Of a stretch of 52,434 nt of DNA, positions 31,121 through 40,775 are shown piece after piece (the stretch's first letter is position 1; each line of letters begins with the position of its first letter). A program made the position numbers and the translations under genes. The notes under the pieces are model-generated. The model searched no databases. It was not told the DNA's origin and saw only the letters and a list, made by a program, of their open reading frames with translations. The stretch covers positions 1-52,434 of the forward strand of contig DASREC010000222.1 in NCBI GenBank assembly GCA_035652295.1, given 5' to 3'. This DNA comes from Polyangia bacterium. GTDB taxonomy: Bacteria > Myxococcota_A > Polyangia > Palsa-1104.

Positions 31121-34100
31121 CTACTTCTTGAAGACTTTGAGCTTGCCGCCGGTGCCGCGCGCCACCACCGAGCGATCGTACATCGAGTCGGCCAGCACCG
31201 GCGGGATCGAGTAGGTGCCGACGTTGGTGGCTTTGATGACGTAGATGAACTCTTTGGCGTCTTTCTCCAGCGTGCCATAGAGCACCACGCGGTCTTCGCG
31301 CACGTCGCCGTACTCGGGCGAGAACGACGACTGCTCGAGCGCGATCGGCAGCGAGAAGCTGCCGTGGTCGCCCGGGTCATTGCCGCGGCCCTCGTCCTGG
31401 TCGCCGGCGCCGCGCACGTCTTCGCCCTCGCCTTCGCCTTCACCTTCGTTTTGCGCGGTCTCGTGATCGTCGCCGTTCTCTTCGCCGCGATAGCCGTGAT
31501 TGTCGTCGGCCGCCGCCTGCTGCTGCACCACCGGCTCGAACCCGCCAGGCAGGAGATCCACCACCGCCACGTTGCCAATCGCCACGTCGCCGAGCGTGCG
31601 CATCTTGATGTGTACGCGAATCTCGTCGCCGAGCGGCACCTGCGTGATCACTTTGTCCGCTTCGTCGGTGTACTCGCGGAACACCTCAATCTTGGCGCTA
31701 ATGGGCTTGCTGGGCAGATCGATATCGAAGCCGCGCTGATTGACCAGGTAATAGCTTTCAAACGATCCACTGTTGTTGAAGACAATGTTGTTGGCTTTGT
31801 CGCTGAAGTTGACGATTGGCAACAAAGATTCCGGCAGCGTGAGCGGCTTCTTCTGCGAGCCGTCCAATTCCGCCACCGCCAATCCGCCGTCGCCGTTCTG
31901 CGCCGCTGCCTTGCCGTACGCCTCGAGCGCCATGATGGTGAACGCCGAGGTGAACGTGTTGTAGCTCCCCTGGAAGATCGGCTGCACCATCGCGTCGATC
32001 TCCTCGGTGGTCACACGCGAGGCGCGCTCGGGGAAGTGGCGCGCGATGATGTAGAGCGTTTGCGAGTCATACGCCAGTCGATCGAACAGCCACTCGTAAT
32101 CGGGCGTGTGCTCTTTGCCGAGCTGCGCCTCTTCAATCAGCGCCTTGGCCGGTTTGTCCTGTTTGAGCAGCCGATACGTCGCCGCCAGGTACACGCCGGT
32201 GAGGTCCTTCTTCCAAACGTTCTTGTAGTTGGCCTCGGCGTGCTTTTGCAGCGCGGCGGCGAAGTTGGTCGTCACCATTCCATTGCGCGTCATCACGTAG
32301 ATCGCATAGGCGCGCAGACGCTCGTCGGCGAGCGAATCCCCGTCGGCGGTGGCGAGCGACTGGAGATACTGCATGCCGCTCTTGACCATCTCGGGCGAAA
32401 CATTGAAGCCGCGCTCGCGCGCTTCGATCAAGACGTGCATCGCGTACACCGACGCGATTGGCGAGACGTGCGGATTGGCCGCCCACAGACCAAACGCGCC
32501 CTCTTCGTTCTGCCGCGTCCGCAAAGTCGCAATCGTCTGAGAGACCGACGACGCCGCGGTGGCCGCATTGAAACCAAACTCGGGCTTGTTGCCGAGAATC
32601 ACCGCCGGCACCGCCTGGCTCACGATCTGCTCGGTGCAGCCGTGCGGGAACTTCTCCAGGTAACCGACGAGCCCATGCGTCAGGCCGAGCGGCAGGTGCG
32701 AGATCCCCGCCTGAAGCGTGCGGTACTCGGGATACATGTTGCGCGTGACCGCCACTGTCGTGTTGGCGCCGCCTTTGAGGTGTCCGGCGGCGAACGTGCT
32801 CAGATAGGGCGACGGCGGGCGCACGCTCAGGTCGGTCGACAATTTGCCGTGCTTGTCGCCGAGCGAGGCCGTGAACGTCAGGTTGCCCGAGCCGAGGAAC
32901 GCCTTGGCGCGGACCTTGAAGATCGTGGAGGCCTCGCGCAATTCGGCGATCGTCAGCTTGACGTCGGAGGGGCCGAGGATCTCGAGGTGCTTCGAGACCG
33001 CCAGCTTGAGATTGACGTCCGCTTTGGCGCCGGAGCCGACCACGTTGTTGGCGACCGAGACCGAGACCTCGAACTCGTCGCCGGGCGCGGCGAACGTCGG
33101 CACATTGGGGCTGATGACGAAGTCGCCGCGAATGATCGCCTTCTTATCGAACACGCCAATCGCGTCGGGCGCGACCGCCACCGCCATCACGCGCAAGGTG
33201 CCGTTGAAATAGTCGGGCACGTCATAGACCAGCTCTTTGGTCGTGGTCGACGCGTCGAGGATGCCGGACCAGAAGGCGACCGGCTTGTTCTGTTTGCGTT
33301 TGAACGGATTGAGATTGGCGCCAATCGCGCCCTCCTCGTCGCCGCCCGGCGCCAGCGCATTCAATAGCCGCTGATACTCGGGCAGGATCAAATCGAGGAT
33401 CTGCGCCGTGCGCACGCCGAGCGCGCGCTTCTGAAAGAAGTAGCCGAGCGGATCGGGCGTCTTGTAATCGGCCACGCGCAAGATGCCTTCGTCGACGGCG
33501 AACAGCACCATCTTGGTCGGCCGGTCGCTCTGATACTTGATGCGATACGGCTCGCCCGGTTTGGCCATATCGGGGCTGTTGATGGTCAACTGTGAAACGC
33601 GGCGCGCGCGGCTGACCGAGAACGGCACTACGCCGTACGACAGCGGGCTCATGAAGACTTCGTCGGAGCCGGGATCGCGAATGAACGCGACAGACACATA
33701 ACCGTCGCCCTCGAAATCGGCGGGCAGCGGAATGGTCTGTACCGAAGCCGTGGTGGTGGTCTTGAACCATTTGTACTGATAAACCTTCTCGCGCTCGATG
33801 GTGATCAGGCCGGCGCCGGTGAAGGGCGCCTTGATCTGCATCTCGATGTCGTCGCCCGGATTGAAATCACCCTTCTTGAGCGAGAGCTGCAATTCGGCGT
33901 TCTTCTCCATCGAGCGCGTCAGGTTGCCGTAGCCGGCGACCGTGTACTCGACGCGCTGGAGGTTCTCGTCCTTGTCGTTGCGCACCACCAGCGCCCAATC
34001 GCCCGGCTTGTCGGTGGCCAATGCCAGCTTGACGCCCGACGCGCCAATCTCGAGCGGCTTCGACGACAGCTCGACCTCTTTCTTGATCGATTCGTATTTG

Positions 34101-37024
34101 TAGGTGCCGTTATCCTGGCGCGTGAGCACCGAGACGTAGCGCCTCTCGAGCAGCACCGTCTTGAGCCCTTTGACGTCCAGCTTCGTGCCCTGCGGCGCGA
34201 TGGCGATCAGCTCGACGTCGCGTTTGGAGCCTTTGCTGAGATAGCTCAAATCGCCGTCCGGTTTATAGCCAATCAAGTACGGCAGCGGAGAAACCAACAC
34301 GGAGGTCTCCGCAGTCACCGAGCGGCCGCCTTCCGCCTCGAAACCTTCGGCCAGCAGATTCAAACGATAGGTGGCGGGCGCGAAGCGCTGCAATTGCAGA
34401 TCGAATTCGGCCTCGCCCGAATCGTTGGTCTGGCCGTCGGGGAGCGCCTCGTTGACGCCTTCGCGCGCTTTGAGCGGATCGAAGAAGGTATAGCCGCGGT
34501 ACTTGCTGAAATAGGGCGTTCCCGGATTGAGGTACAGCATGGCGCGCACTTTGCGCTGCGTGGCCGGCGTGCCGAACAGGTTGGTCAGCGTGACGCGGCC
34601 TTTGAGGTCTTTGGGATTGACCCAGCCTTCGGGGTTCTCCGCCGAGAGGCGCACGCTGATCTTCATGCGGTCGGGCAGGAACTCGCGCACTTTGACGGTG
34701 GTGGATCCCAATAGGCTCGACGGGCGGCCGTCGCGCACGACATAGACGTTGACGGTATAGGTGCCGGTCGGCGCGACGTCGGGCGTGGTGTGGCGGATCT
34801 CTTCGAAGCCGGACGCGCTCAGCTTGATGTTGTCCTTCTTGACGATCAGGCCGCGCGCGTCGGTGATCACCACTTGCAGCGGCACGCCGCCGAGCCCTTC
34901 GTGCCAGTCTTTGGAGCGGACGATCAGGCCGACTCGGATCTCGTCGCCCGGTCGATAGATGCCGCGATCCGAGAACAGATAGGCATTGAGGCCTTTGGGA
35001 CTGACCGCGTCGGTGACGCCGCCGATGTCGAAGCGCGAGAAGTTCAGATAGCGATCATATTTGCCGAACGGCAGGAACGAGGTGTCCTTGCCTTTGCGCA
35101 CCAGATACATGACCGGCTGTTTCTCGCGATAGAACGTCGTCAGGGACGGCAGGTGCGCGTTGCCGCCCGAGTCGGTGGTCTGCGTCATCACCGGCTCGCC
35201 GTTCTTGCCAATCACCTGCACGGTGGCGCCCGAGACCGGATCGCCGCTCTGGATCGACTGCACGAACACCTCGTGCGTGCCGTCGGTGGCGTCTTTGACC
35301 AGGATGCCGAGATCGGAGACCAGGATCAGCCGCGAGTCGCTCTCGCCGAGCACGCGCTGCGAAGTCGGATCCCAACTGTCCACTTTGAGAAAGAACAGTC
35401 CGCGGTTGTTGCTGCCGCTCAGGTACTTGCCGAGATCGAGCGCTTCATATTGCGGTTTGCCCGGCTGCGCTTTGGCGAGTGTATGAACCTCGTCGAAGAA
35501 CTCGGACAGGTTCTCCTCGCCGAAGCGGTAATCGAACGACGGGTGCTGGAACACGCCGCCGCCCTGACTGAACAGGTGGTGGATCTGCTCGGGCAGAACG
35601 CGTCCGATTTGGAACTTGATGGCGGGGATGTCGCGCGCATAGACCGAGACCTTGCGCTCGCCGCTCAGGCTCAGCATCGAGCCCGAGTGCAGGATCTTGA
35701 GCTGGCGCGGATACTCGCCGACCTGCTGAATGCCGTCATAGGTGTCGCCGAGCACGTAGCCGCCGAACGCGTGCAGCCCCTTCTTGATCTGGATATAGAT
35801 GTAGCGGCCGACGTCGGCTTTGTACTTGAAGCTGTGCAGCGTCGAGAACTCCTTCTCGCCGGCGATCGGGGCCAGCTTGAGCGGCGACGAGACTTTGAGG
35901 ATCTCGGGGCCGATCACCGCCGTGTCGTTCCACTGGTGCGGCTTCTTCTTCTGGCGCTCTTCTTGATTATTGGGCTCATAGACCGGCAGCACATAGGCGA
36001 CGATCGACTTCTGCATCTCCTGATCGGTCACGCCCGCCGAGGTCTCGACGATCATCACCTGCTCGGGCTCGAAGCGCTCATTGTCCACCAGCGTCAAGCT
36101 GGCATTGGTGACTTTGAGGAAGTTGTAGAGCCCGGGGATGTTGACTGTAGTGTTGAGCTCGTCGTCGTGCGCCGGGCCGCCCTTGGCGGCGTGCGTGCCT
36201 TTGTCGAGGCGCACGCGCATGACCGCGTCCTTTTGCGGAATCGCCACCGGCTCGGAGTGGACATAGGCGTTGAGCTTGTTCTTGTCGTAGCTGACGCGGA
36301 ATTTATAGTCCTGCTCCTTCTCCTCTTTATTGGAGGGTTCGAAGCGCAGGTGCAGGCGCTTCTCGAAGCTCGGCGGATCGACCGGGTGGGTGAACGCGTA
36401 GGTGACCACCACCTTCTTGAGGTTGGCGTCGACCGGGTCTTGATAGAACTCGCTCTCGGAGACGGTGACGTTGAACTTGGGCGTGGTGAACTCGAGCTTG
36501 TAGGTCGACAGGCGGATGTGGCCGGCGACCAGCTCCTTCTTGTCGAGCTTGACGGTGTAGTCCTGGCCGATCGGCCAGTCGGCTTTGGGGGTGAACCAGA
36601 TCTGGCGATCGGTCTCCCACTTCCACGTGCCCTCGATCTTGGGCGAGATGTCGAGGCCGGCGGTGATCGGTTTGCCGATCGCCTTGAGCGGCGCCACCGA
36701 GCGGTCGAAGTCGATCACCACCGGGTGCGGCTTGAAGTTGTCCTCGGCCCGCGCGAGTTCCGGCGCCGAGATCGTCACCGTGGTCTCTTGCGGCTTGGGC
36801 CGGTTCTGCCACCAGCGCACGCCGTAGCCGGCGCCGACGGTGATCGCGGCGAACGCGCCGGCCATCACCAGCGCGCGCGACTTGTGCGCCCGCGTCCAGC
36901 TCCCCGCCGAGGCGGACTTGCGCCCGACGAAGCGCGCCCACGGCGGCGCGTCCCAGTGCACGCGCCCGAAGAAGAACAGGAACACCCGACGGAAGAACGC
37001 GCCGATCCGATTCAGTAGCGCCAC
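31121..37024 (-). CDS. Alpha-2-macroglobulin, YfhM-like, membrane-anchored, intact thioester
   Basis: TM anchor (ALVMAGAFAAITVGAGYGV), MG-domain repeats, thioester FPHGCTEQ, and a C-terminus (...GTYSIPPVLADSMYDRS...) resembling E. coli YfhM. I prefer the GTG at 37024 because AGGGGGA lies 5 nt upstream of it. The ORF is open to a TTG at 37069. Confidence 0.92.
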   Translation of the reverse strand: MALLNRIGAFFRRVFLFFFGRVHWDAPPWARFVGRKSASAGSWTRAHKSRALVMAGAFAAITVGAGYGVRWWQNRPKPQETTVTISAPELARAEDNFKPHPVVIDFDRSVAPLKAIGKPITAGLDISPKIEGTWKWETDRQIWFTPKADWPIGQDYTVKLDKKELVAGHIRLSTYKLEFTTPKFNVTVSESEFYQDPVDANLKKVVVTYAFTHPVDPPSFEKRLHLRFEPSNKEEKEQDYKFRVSYDKNKLNAYVHSEPVAIPQKDAVMRVRLDKGTHAAKGGPAHDDELNTTVNIPGLYNFLKVTNASLTLVDNERFEPEQVMIVETSAGVTDQEMQKSIVAYVLPVYEPNNQEERQKKKPHQWNDTAVIGPEILKVSSPLKLAPIAGEKEFSTLHSFKYKADVGRYIYIQIKKGLHAFGGYVLGDTYDGIQQVGEYPRQLKILHSGSMLSLSGERKVSVYARDIPAIKFQIGRVLPEQIHHLFSQGGGVFQHPSFDYRFGEENLSEFFDEVHTLAKAQPGKPQYEALDLGKYLSGSNNRGLFFLKVDSWDPTSQRVLGESDSRLILVSDLGILVKDATDGTHEVFVQSIQSGDPVSGATVQVIGKNGEPVMTQTTDSGGNAHLPSLTTFYREKQPVMYLVRKGKDTSFLPFGKYDRYLNFSRFDIGGVTDAVSPKGLNAYLFSDRGIYRPGDEIRVGLIVRSKDWHEGLGGVPLQVVITDARGLIVKKDNIKLSASGFEEIRHTTPDVAPTGTYTVNVYVVRDGRPSSLLGSTTVKVREFLPDRMKISVRLSAENPEGWVNPKDLKGRVTLTNLFGTPATQRKVRAMLYLNPGTPYFSKYRGYTFFDPLKAREGVNEALPDGQTNDSGEAEFDLQLQRFAPATYRLNLLAEGFEAEGGRSVTAETSVLVSPLPYLIGYKPDGDLSYLSKGSKRDVELIAIAPQGTKLDVKGLKTVLLERRYVSVLTRQDNGTYKYESIKKEVELSSKPLEIGASGVKLALATDKPGDWALVVRNDKDENLQRVEYTVAGYGNLTRSMEKNAELQLSLKKGDFNPGDDIEMQIKAPFTGAGLITIEREKVYQYKWFKTTTTASVQTIPLPADFEGDGYVSVAFIRDPGSDEVFMSPLSYGVVPFSVSRARRVSQLTINSPDMAKPGEPYRIKYQSDRPTKMVLFAVDEGILRVADYKTPDPLGYFFQKRALGVRTAQILDLILPEYQRLLNALAPGGDEEGAIGANLNPFKRKQNKPVAFWSGILDASTTTKELVYDVPDYFNGTLRVMAVAVAPDAIGVFDKKAIIRGDFVISPNVPTFAAPGDEFEVSVSVANNVVGSGAKADVNLKLAVSKHLEILGPSDVKLTIAELREASTIFKVRAKAFLGSGNLTFTASLGDKHGKLSTDLSVRPPSPYLSTFAAGHLKGGANTTVAVTRNMYPEYRTLQAGISHLPLGLTHGLVGYLEKFPHGCTEQIVSQAVPAVILGNKPEFGFNAATAASSVSQTIATLRTRQNEEGAFGLWAANPHVSPIASVYAMHVLIEARERGFNVSPEMVKSGMQYLQSLATADGDSLADERLRAYAIYVMTRNGMVTTNFAAALQKHAEANYKNVWKKDLTGVYLAATYRLLKQDKPAKALIEEAQLGKEHTPDYEWLFDRLAYDSQTLYIIARHFPERASRVTTEEIDAMVQPIFQGSYNTFTSAFTIMALEAYGKAAAQNGDGGLAVAELDGSQKKPLTLPESLLPIVNFSDKANNIVFNNSGSFESYYLVNQRGFDIDLPSKPISAKIEVFREYTDEADKVITQVPLGDEIRVHIKMRTLGDVAIGNVAVVDLLPGGFEPVVQQQAAADDNHGYRGEENGDDHETAQNEGEGEGEGEDVRGAGDQDEGRGNDPGDHGSFSLPIALEQSSFSPEYGDVREDRVVLYGTLEKDAKEFIYVIKATNVGTYSIPPVLADSMYDRSVVARGTGGKLKVFKK

Positions 37025-37212
37025 GACAATCCCCCTGGGCGCCCGTCGCCCACGGTCATTGGTCCTCAATGACGAAATGCTGTCAAGGACTCTCCCCGCG
37101 TCATACGAGGGCGGCGGCGCAAAAGCTCCTCGACGGGAAGCGACGCTCGCGCGCGGCGAGCGGGACGCGCGCGCGCCGTATTAATGAAAGCGTCGTGGTA
37201 CAAGTCGCGCGC

Positions 37213-37773
37213 ATGCCGTGGCGGACGAGCGAGTTTCTGGCCACCTGGATCTGGGCGCTGCCGCCGTCGGTGGCGCTGGCCGAGGCGGCGGCGCGCGCGC
37301 TCGAGGCGCTCGACGGGTTCGCGGTGGCGCGCGAGGCGACGGTGTGCACGGCCTCTGACGGCGAGGACGCGTTCGCCGCCGAGCTGGAGTCGGCGGGCGC
37401 GGCGACGCTGCTGGCGTTTCTCGAGCGCACCGCGGACGTGGAGCTGGTCGAGCTCGGGCTCGCGCTCGAGTGCGCGGCGCCGGCGGGCGAGCCGCTGCGC
37501 ATCGACGACGGCGCGTCGCTGGCGCTCGACGTGGAGCTGGACGAGCACGGGCGCCCGTCGGAGGATCGGCTGGCGCGGCAGCTCCGCTTCGCGCTGCACG
37601 TCGATCTCTACTCGCCCGAGTCGCGCGGCGCGGCGCCCGATCGCGCGCTGGCGGCGCTCAACGGTCCGCGGCTGCGCGCGTTCCTCGAGCGGCTCGAGGC
37701 GGCGTTGCCGCTGCGCTTCCTCGAGCTGGAGGCGCGCGGCTACTCGGGCGCGCACCGCTACGGCTTCGGTTGA
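37213..37773 (+). CDS. Hypothetical acidic protein
   Basis: 186 aa from the ATG at 37213, with very high GC3. No family recognised. The upstream part of the track ORF (37069-37212) is Arg-rich and non-coding-like. Confidence 0.6.
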   Translation: MPWRTSEFLATWIWALPPSVALAEAAARALEALDGFAVAREATVCTASDGEDAFAAELESAGAATLLAFLERTADVELVELGLALECAAPAGEPLRIDDGASLALDVELDEHGRPSEDRLARQLRFALHVDLYSPESRGAAPDRALAALNGPRLRAFLERLEAALPLRFLELEARGYSGAHRYGFG

Positions 37774-37778
37774 AAGCG

Positions 37779-38498
37779 TTAGAAACGGCGTTTCATTCGG
37801 CTGGAGAGGCGGCGGCCGGTGGCGGCGTCGAACGTCTGTACGTAGCAGCCGGACGACTCGATACCGCGCAGCACTACGCGATCGCCGGCGAGCTCGACGG
37901 TGACGTCGTTGAAGTACTCGGAGTGCGCGGCGTTGACCTGCTCGACCTTGCCGGTCCACAAGAGGCGGCCGGTGGCGAGATCGTAGCTGTGCAGCGCCGA
38001 GCCGGTGGCGAAGCGGCGGAACGTGGCGACGATGAGCTGCCGGCCGGCGATCACGGCGACGGCGCTGTCGAACCAGATGTCGGTGACGCCCGCGCGCCAG
38101 CGCACGCGGTCGGCTGCGTCGACGAGGCGCAGCTCGCTGCGCCCCATGTCGATCGAGAGCACGCCGACGAGGCGTCCGGCGGCGTCCTCGACCAGGCCTT
38201 CGGCGCCCTCGGGGAATTCGAGCGCGCGCCGGCCGTCGAGATCCACCACCACCGAGAGGCCGGGGCGTCCCGTGGGCCAGGCTTGGTGGAACAGCACGTA
38301 GTGCGCGGCCGCCTGCGCGAACGTGAAGCCCGCGCCGGCGATCGACTGGGCGCGCGCCACCCGCTCCGAGCGCGCGTCGCGCTCGTACGCGCGGTCCGAA
38401 TCCGCGCAGCGCAGCGGCGGGCCTTTCGCGTCGGCGGGCACGGTGGCGTCGGCGCGCGCGATGGCGGTGAAGAGGACGAGCGCGATGAGCGGGCGCAT
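37779..38498 (-). CDS. Secreted protein with PQQ/BamB-like beta-propeller repeat motifs (paralogue A)
   Basis: Signal peptide MRPLIALVLFTAIARA. D-L-A-T-G-R-x-L-W motifs. C-terminal CYVQTFDAATGRRLSSRMKRRF. About half its residues are shared with the upstream gene. Confidence 0.65.
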   Translation of the reverse strand: MRPLIALVLFTAIARADATVPADAKGPPLRCADSDRAYERDARSERVARAQSIAGAGFTFAQAAAHYVLFHQAWPTGRPGLSVVVDLDGRRALEFPEGAEGLVEDAAGRLVGVLSIDMGRSELRLVDAADRVRWRAGVTDIWFDSAVAVIAGRQLIVATFRRFATGSALHSYDLATGRLLWTGKVEQVNAAHSEYFNDVTVELAGDRVVLRGIESSGCYVQTFDAATGRRLSSRMKRRF

Positions 38499-39244
38499 CA
38501 GCGCTTCATCCTACTCGACAGGCGGCGGCCGGTGGCGGCGTCGAACACCTGCACGTAGCAACCGTACGCCTCGACGCCGCGCAAGATGATGCGGCCGCCG
38601 CGCGCCTCGACGGTGACGTCGTTGTAGTACTTCGAGTGCGACGCGTTGACCTGCTCGACGTCGGCGGTCCACAGCGGGCGGCCGGTCGCGAGGTCGAAGC
38701 TGCGCAGGTTCGAACCGGTGGCGATGCGATGGAAGCCGGCGACGATCAACTGCGAGCCGGCGATCGCCACCGCCAGGTCGTCGCCGTAGTAGCGATCGTA
38801 GCTCGCCACCGCCCAGCGCGCGCGGCCGGTGCCGTCGAGGAGATAGAGGGCACCGTTCGAGCGCTCGAACGCGACGATCGCGATCACGCTCCCGGCGGCG
38901 TCCTCGACGAACGCGACCGCGCCGGCGTCGATCTCCTGCTTCTGGTGCGTGTCGAGATCGATCAGCACCGCGCGGCCCAGGCGGCGCGAGCTGGAGCGAT
39001 CGGCGAACAGCACGTGGTGCGCGCTCGCCTGCTCGAAATACAGCTCGGGGCCGGCGAGCGCCTGGGCGCGTTTTACCCGGTCGGATTGGACGTCGCGGAA
39101 GTAGCCGACGTCTTCGTAGGAGCAGCGCAGCGGCTCGGCGGCGGCTTCGGCGGGGACGGTGGCGTCGGCGCGCGCGGCCATCGGCGACGCGGCGGCGAGC
39201 AGGAGCGACGGAAGCGCGAGCGGCAGCAGGCGGCGCATGTCCAT
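38498..39244 (-). CDS. Secreted protein with PQQ/BamB-like beta-propeller repeat motifs (paralogue B)
   Basis: Signal peptide MDMRRLLPLALPSLLLAAASPMAARA, the same motif order as paralogue A, and C-terminal CYVQVFDAATGRRLSSRMKR. Its stop shares 1 nt with the start of paralogue A (TGATG). Confidence 0.65.
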   Translation of the reverse strand: MDMRRLLPLALPSLLLAAASPMAARADATVPAEAAAEPLRCSYEDVGYFRDVQSDRVKRAQALAGPELYFEQASAHHVLFADRSSSRRLGRAVLIDLDTHQKQEIDAGAVAFVEDAAGSVIAIVAFERSNGALYLLDGTGRARWAVASYDRYYGDDLAVAIAGSQLIVAGFHRIATGSNLRSFDLATGRPLWTADVEQVNASHSKYYNDVTVEARGGRIILRGVEAYGCYVQVFDAATGRRLSSRMKR

Positions 39245-39270
39245 AGATACGGGCGGCGCGGCGAAACGTG

Positions 39271-40032
39271 TCAATCGGTCAGATCGAAGTGCACGGTGAC
39301 GTTGGCGGTGACGCTGATCTGCCCGGGCGAGAAGCCGCCCTCGGCGCCGGTGTCGGGCGAGCCGGCGTTCGAGCTCATGTTCTGATACGCGGTGCGTCCC
39401 GCGGTCGTCAGGCCGCCTGAGCCCTCGACGATGGTGCGCGGGCGGCCGAGCTTGCAGCCCAGCTCGCCGGCCATGGCGGCGGCCTTTTCGCGCGCGGCCT
39501 TGACGGCCATCAGGCGCGCGGCGTCGCGGTGCTTGCGCAGCTCCGAGGTCTGGAACTGCACGCCGTCGACGCGGTTGGTGCCGGCCTTGAGCAGCGCCAT
39601 CAGCACCGCCTCGAAGTGCGTCAGGTCCTTGAGGCAGATGACCACCGATTTGCGGACGTTGTAGCCGGTGAAATGGCCCGGATCAGTGTGCTGATAATCG
39701 GTGTATTTAGGCTCGATGGTAAGCTGGTCGGTCTGGACGTGCTTGGGCTCGATCTTGAACTGAGTGGTGACCGCCAGGACCTTCTTGACGCGATCGTCGT
39801 TCTGCTGCTTGGCGGTCAGCAGATCCTTGTCGAGCGTCTCGACCGCGACGGTGAGAATGACTTGGTCTGGGACGACCTTGATCTCGGCGTCGCCCGAGAC
39901 CGTGATCTCGCGCGGCGGCGCTTCAGACTTGCTATCGGCGTTCGCCAGAGACCCCATTATGACCATTGCAGAGAACATTGCCGCGAATATTGCCGTGAGT
40001 TTTGCAGGTCGCATTGAGTTTTCCCCCTTCAT
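39271..40032 (-). CDS. SIMPL-domain (DUF541) periplasmic protein
   Basis: Signal peptide, then ITVSGDAEIKVVPDQVILTVAVET..., the typical SIMPL opening. ATGA overlap with the cobB stop. Noticeably lower GC than its neighbours. Confidence 0.8.
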   Translation of the reverse strand: MKGENSMRPAKLTAIFAAMFSAMVIMGSLANADSKSEAPPREITVSGDAEIKVVPDQVILTVAVETLDKDLLTAKQQNDDRVKKVLAVTTQFKIEPKHVQTDQLTIEPKYTDYQHTDPGHFTGYNVRKSVVICLKDLTHFEAVLMALLKAGTNRVDGVQFQTSELRKHRDAARLMAVKAAREKAAAMAGELGCKLGRPRTIVEGSGGLTTAGRTAYQNMSSNAGSPDTGAEGGFSPGQISVTANVTVHFDLTD

Positions 40033-40775
40033 TTCGCATTCAATAGCTCGGGCAATACGCGGCCGCTCGGGCCGGAGACGAAGCGCTGGAAGCGCGACGC
40101 GTTCTCCGGCGGCTCGAGGTTCACCAGCCACGTCTCGGCGCCCGCCATCCGCGCGTCGTCGACGAAGCCGGCCGCCGGCCACACCGCGCCCGACGTGCCG
40201 GCGGCGAGGAACACGAAGCGTCCGCGCTCGGCTTTGCGCATGAACTGTTTCACGCGCCAGAGATCGTCGGGATCCAGCATCTCGCCGAACCACACGATGT
40301 GGGGGCGCAGACGCCCGCCGCACGCGTCGCAGCGCGGCGGCTCGGCGGGCTCCGTCTCGTCGGCGAACGGCGCGCGCGCGCAGTCGGCGCAGCGCGACGT
40401 GAACAGGTTGCCGTGCAGCTCGACCAGGCGGCGGCTGCCGGCGCGGCGGTGCAGCCCGTCGACGTTTTGCGTCGCCAGGAGGAAGCGGTCGCCGAGCGCC
40501 TCCTCGGCGCGAGCGAGCGCGGCGTGGCCGGGGTTGGGCGCGCACGTCTTGGCCTTGCGCCGCCGCTCGGCGTAGAAGCGCCACACCAGGCGCGGGTCGG
40601 CGGCGAAGCCCTCGGGCGACGCGACCTCCTCGACGCGGTGCTGCTCCCACAAACCACCGGCGTCGCGAAACGTCGGGATGCCGCTCTCCGCCGACACGCC
40701 GGCGCCGGTCAGCACCAGCAGCCACGTGTCCTCGTCGAGGCGCAGCGTGGCGCCGCCGCGATCGGGAGCGCTCAC
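40029..40775 (-). CDS. cobB: NAD-dependent protein deacylase (Sir2 family)
   Basis: GAGVSAESGIPTFR, QNVDGLH, ELHGN and a Zn site (CADC...CDACGG). GTG start overlapping the ClC stop. The rest of the 1428-aa track ORF is an off-frame shadow. Confidence 0.88.
   Translation of the reverse strand: MSAPDRGGATLRLDEDTWLLVLTGAGVSAESGIPTFRDAGGLWEQHRVEEVASPEGFAADPRLVWRFYAERRRKAKTCAPNPGHAALARAEEALGDRFLLATQNVDGLHRRAGSRRLVELHGNLFTSRCADCARAPFADETEPAEPPRCDACGGRLRPHIVWFGEMLDPDDLWRVKQFMRKAERGRFVFLAAGTSGAVWPAAGFVDDARMAGAETWLVNLEPPENASRFQRFVSGPSGRVLPELLNAK

Noticed and set aside
31094-37018. Plus-strand ORFs 31094-33367 and 34790-37018, antisense to A2M 2.
   Set aside because: Same shadow-frame signature. No motifs and no plausible starts with ribosome-binding sites.
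37070-37080. TTGACA hexamer just upstream of the A2M 2 ORF.
   Set aside because: It lies immediately adjacent to the TTG that opens the ORF, with no suitably spaced -10 element. It is more likely to be inside the 5' UTR or irrelevant.
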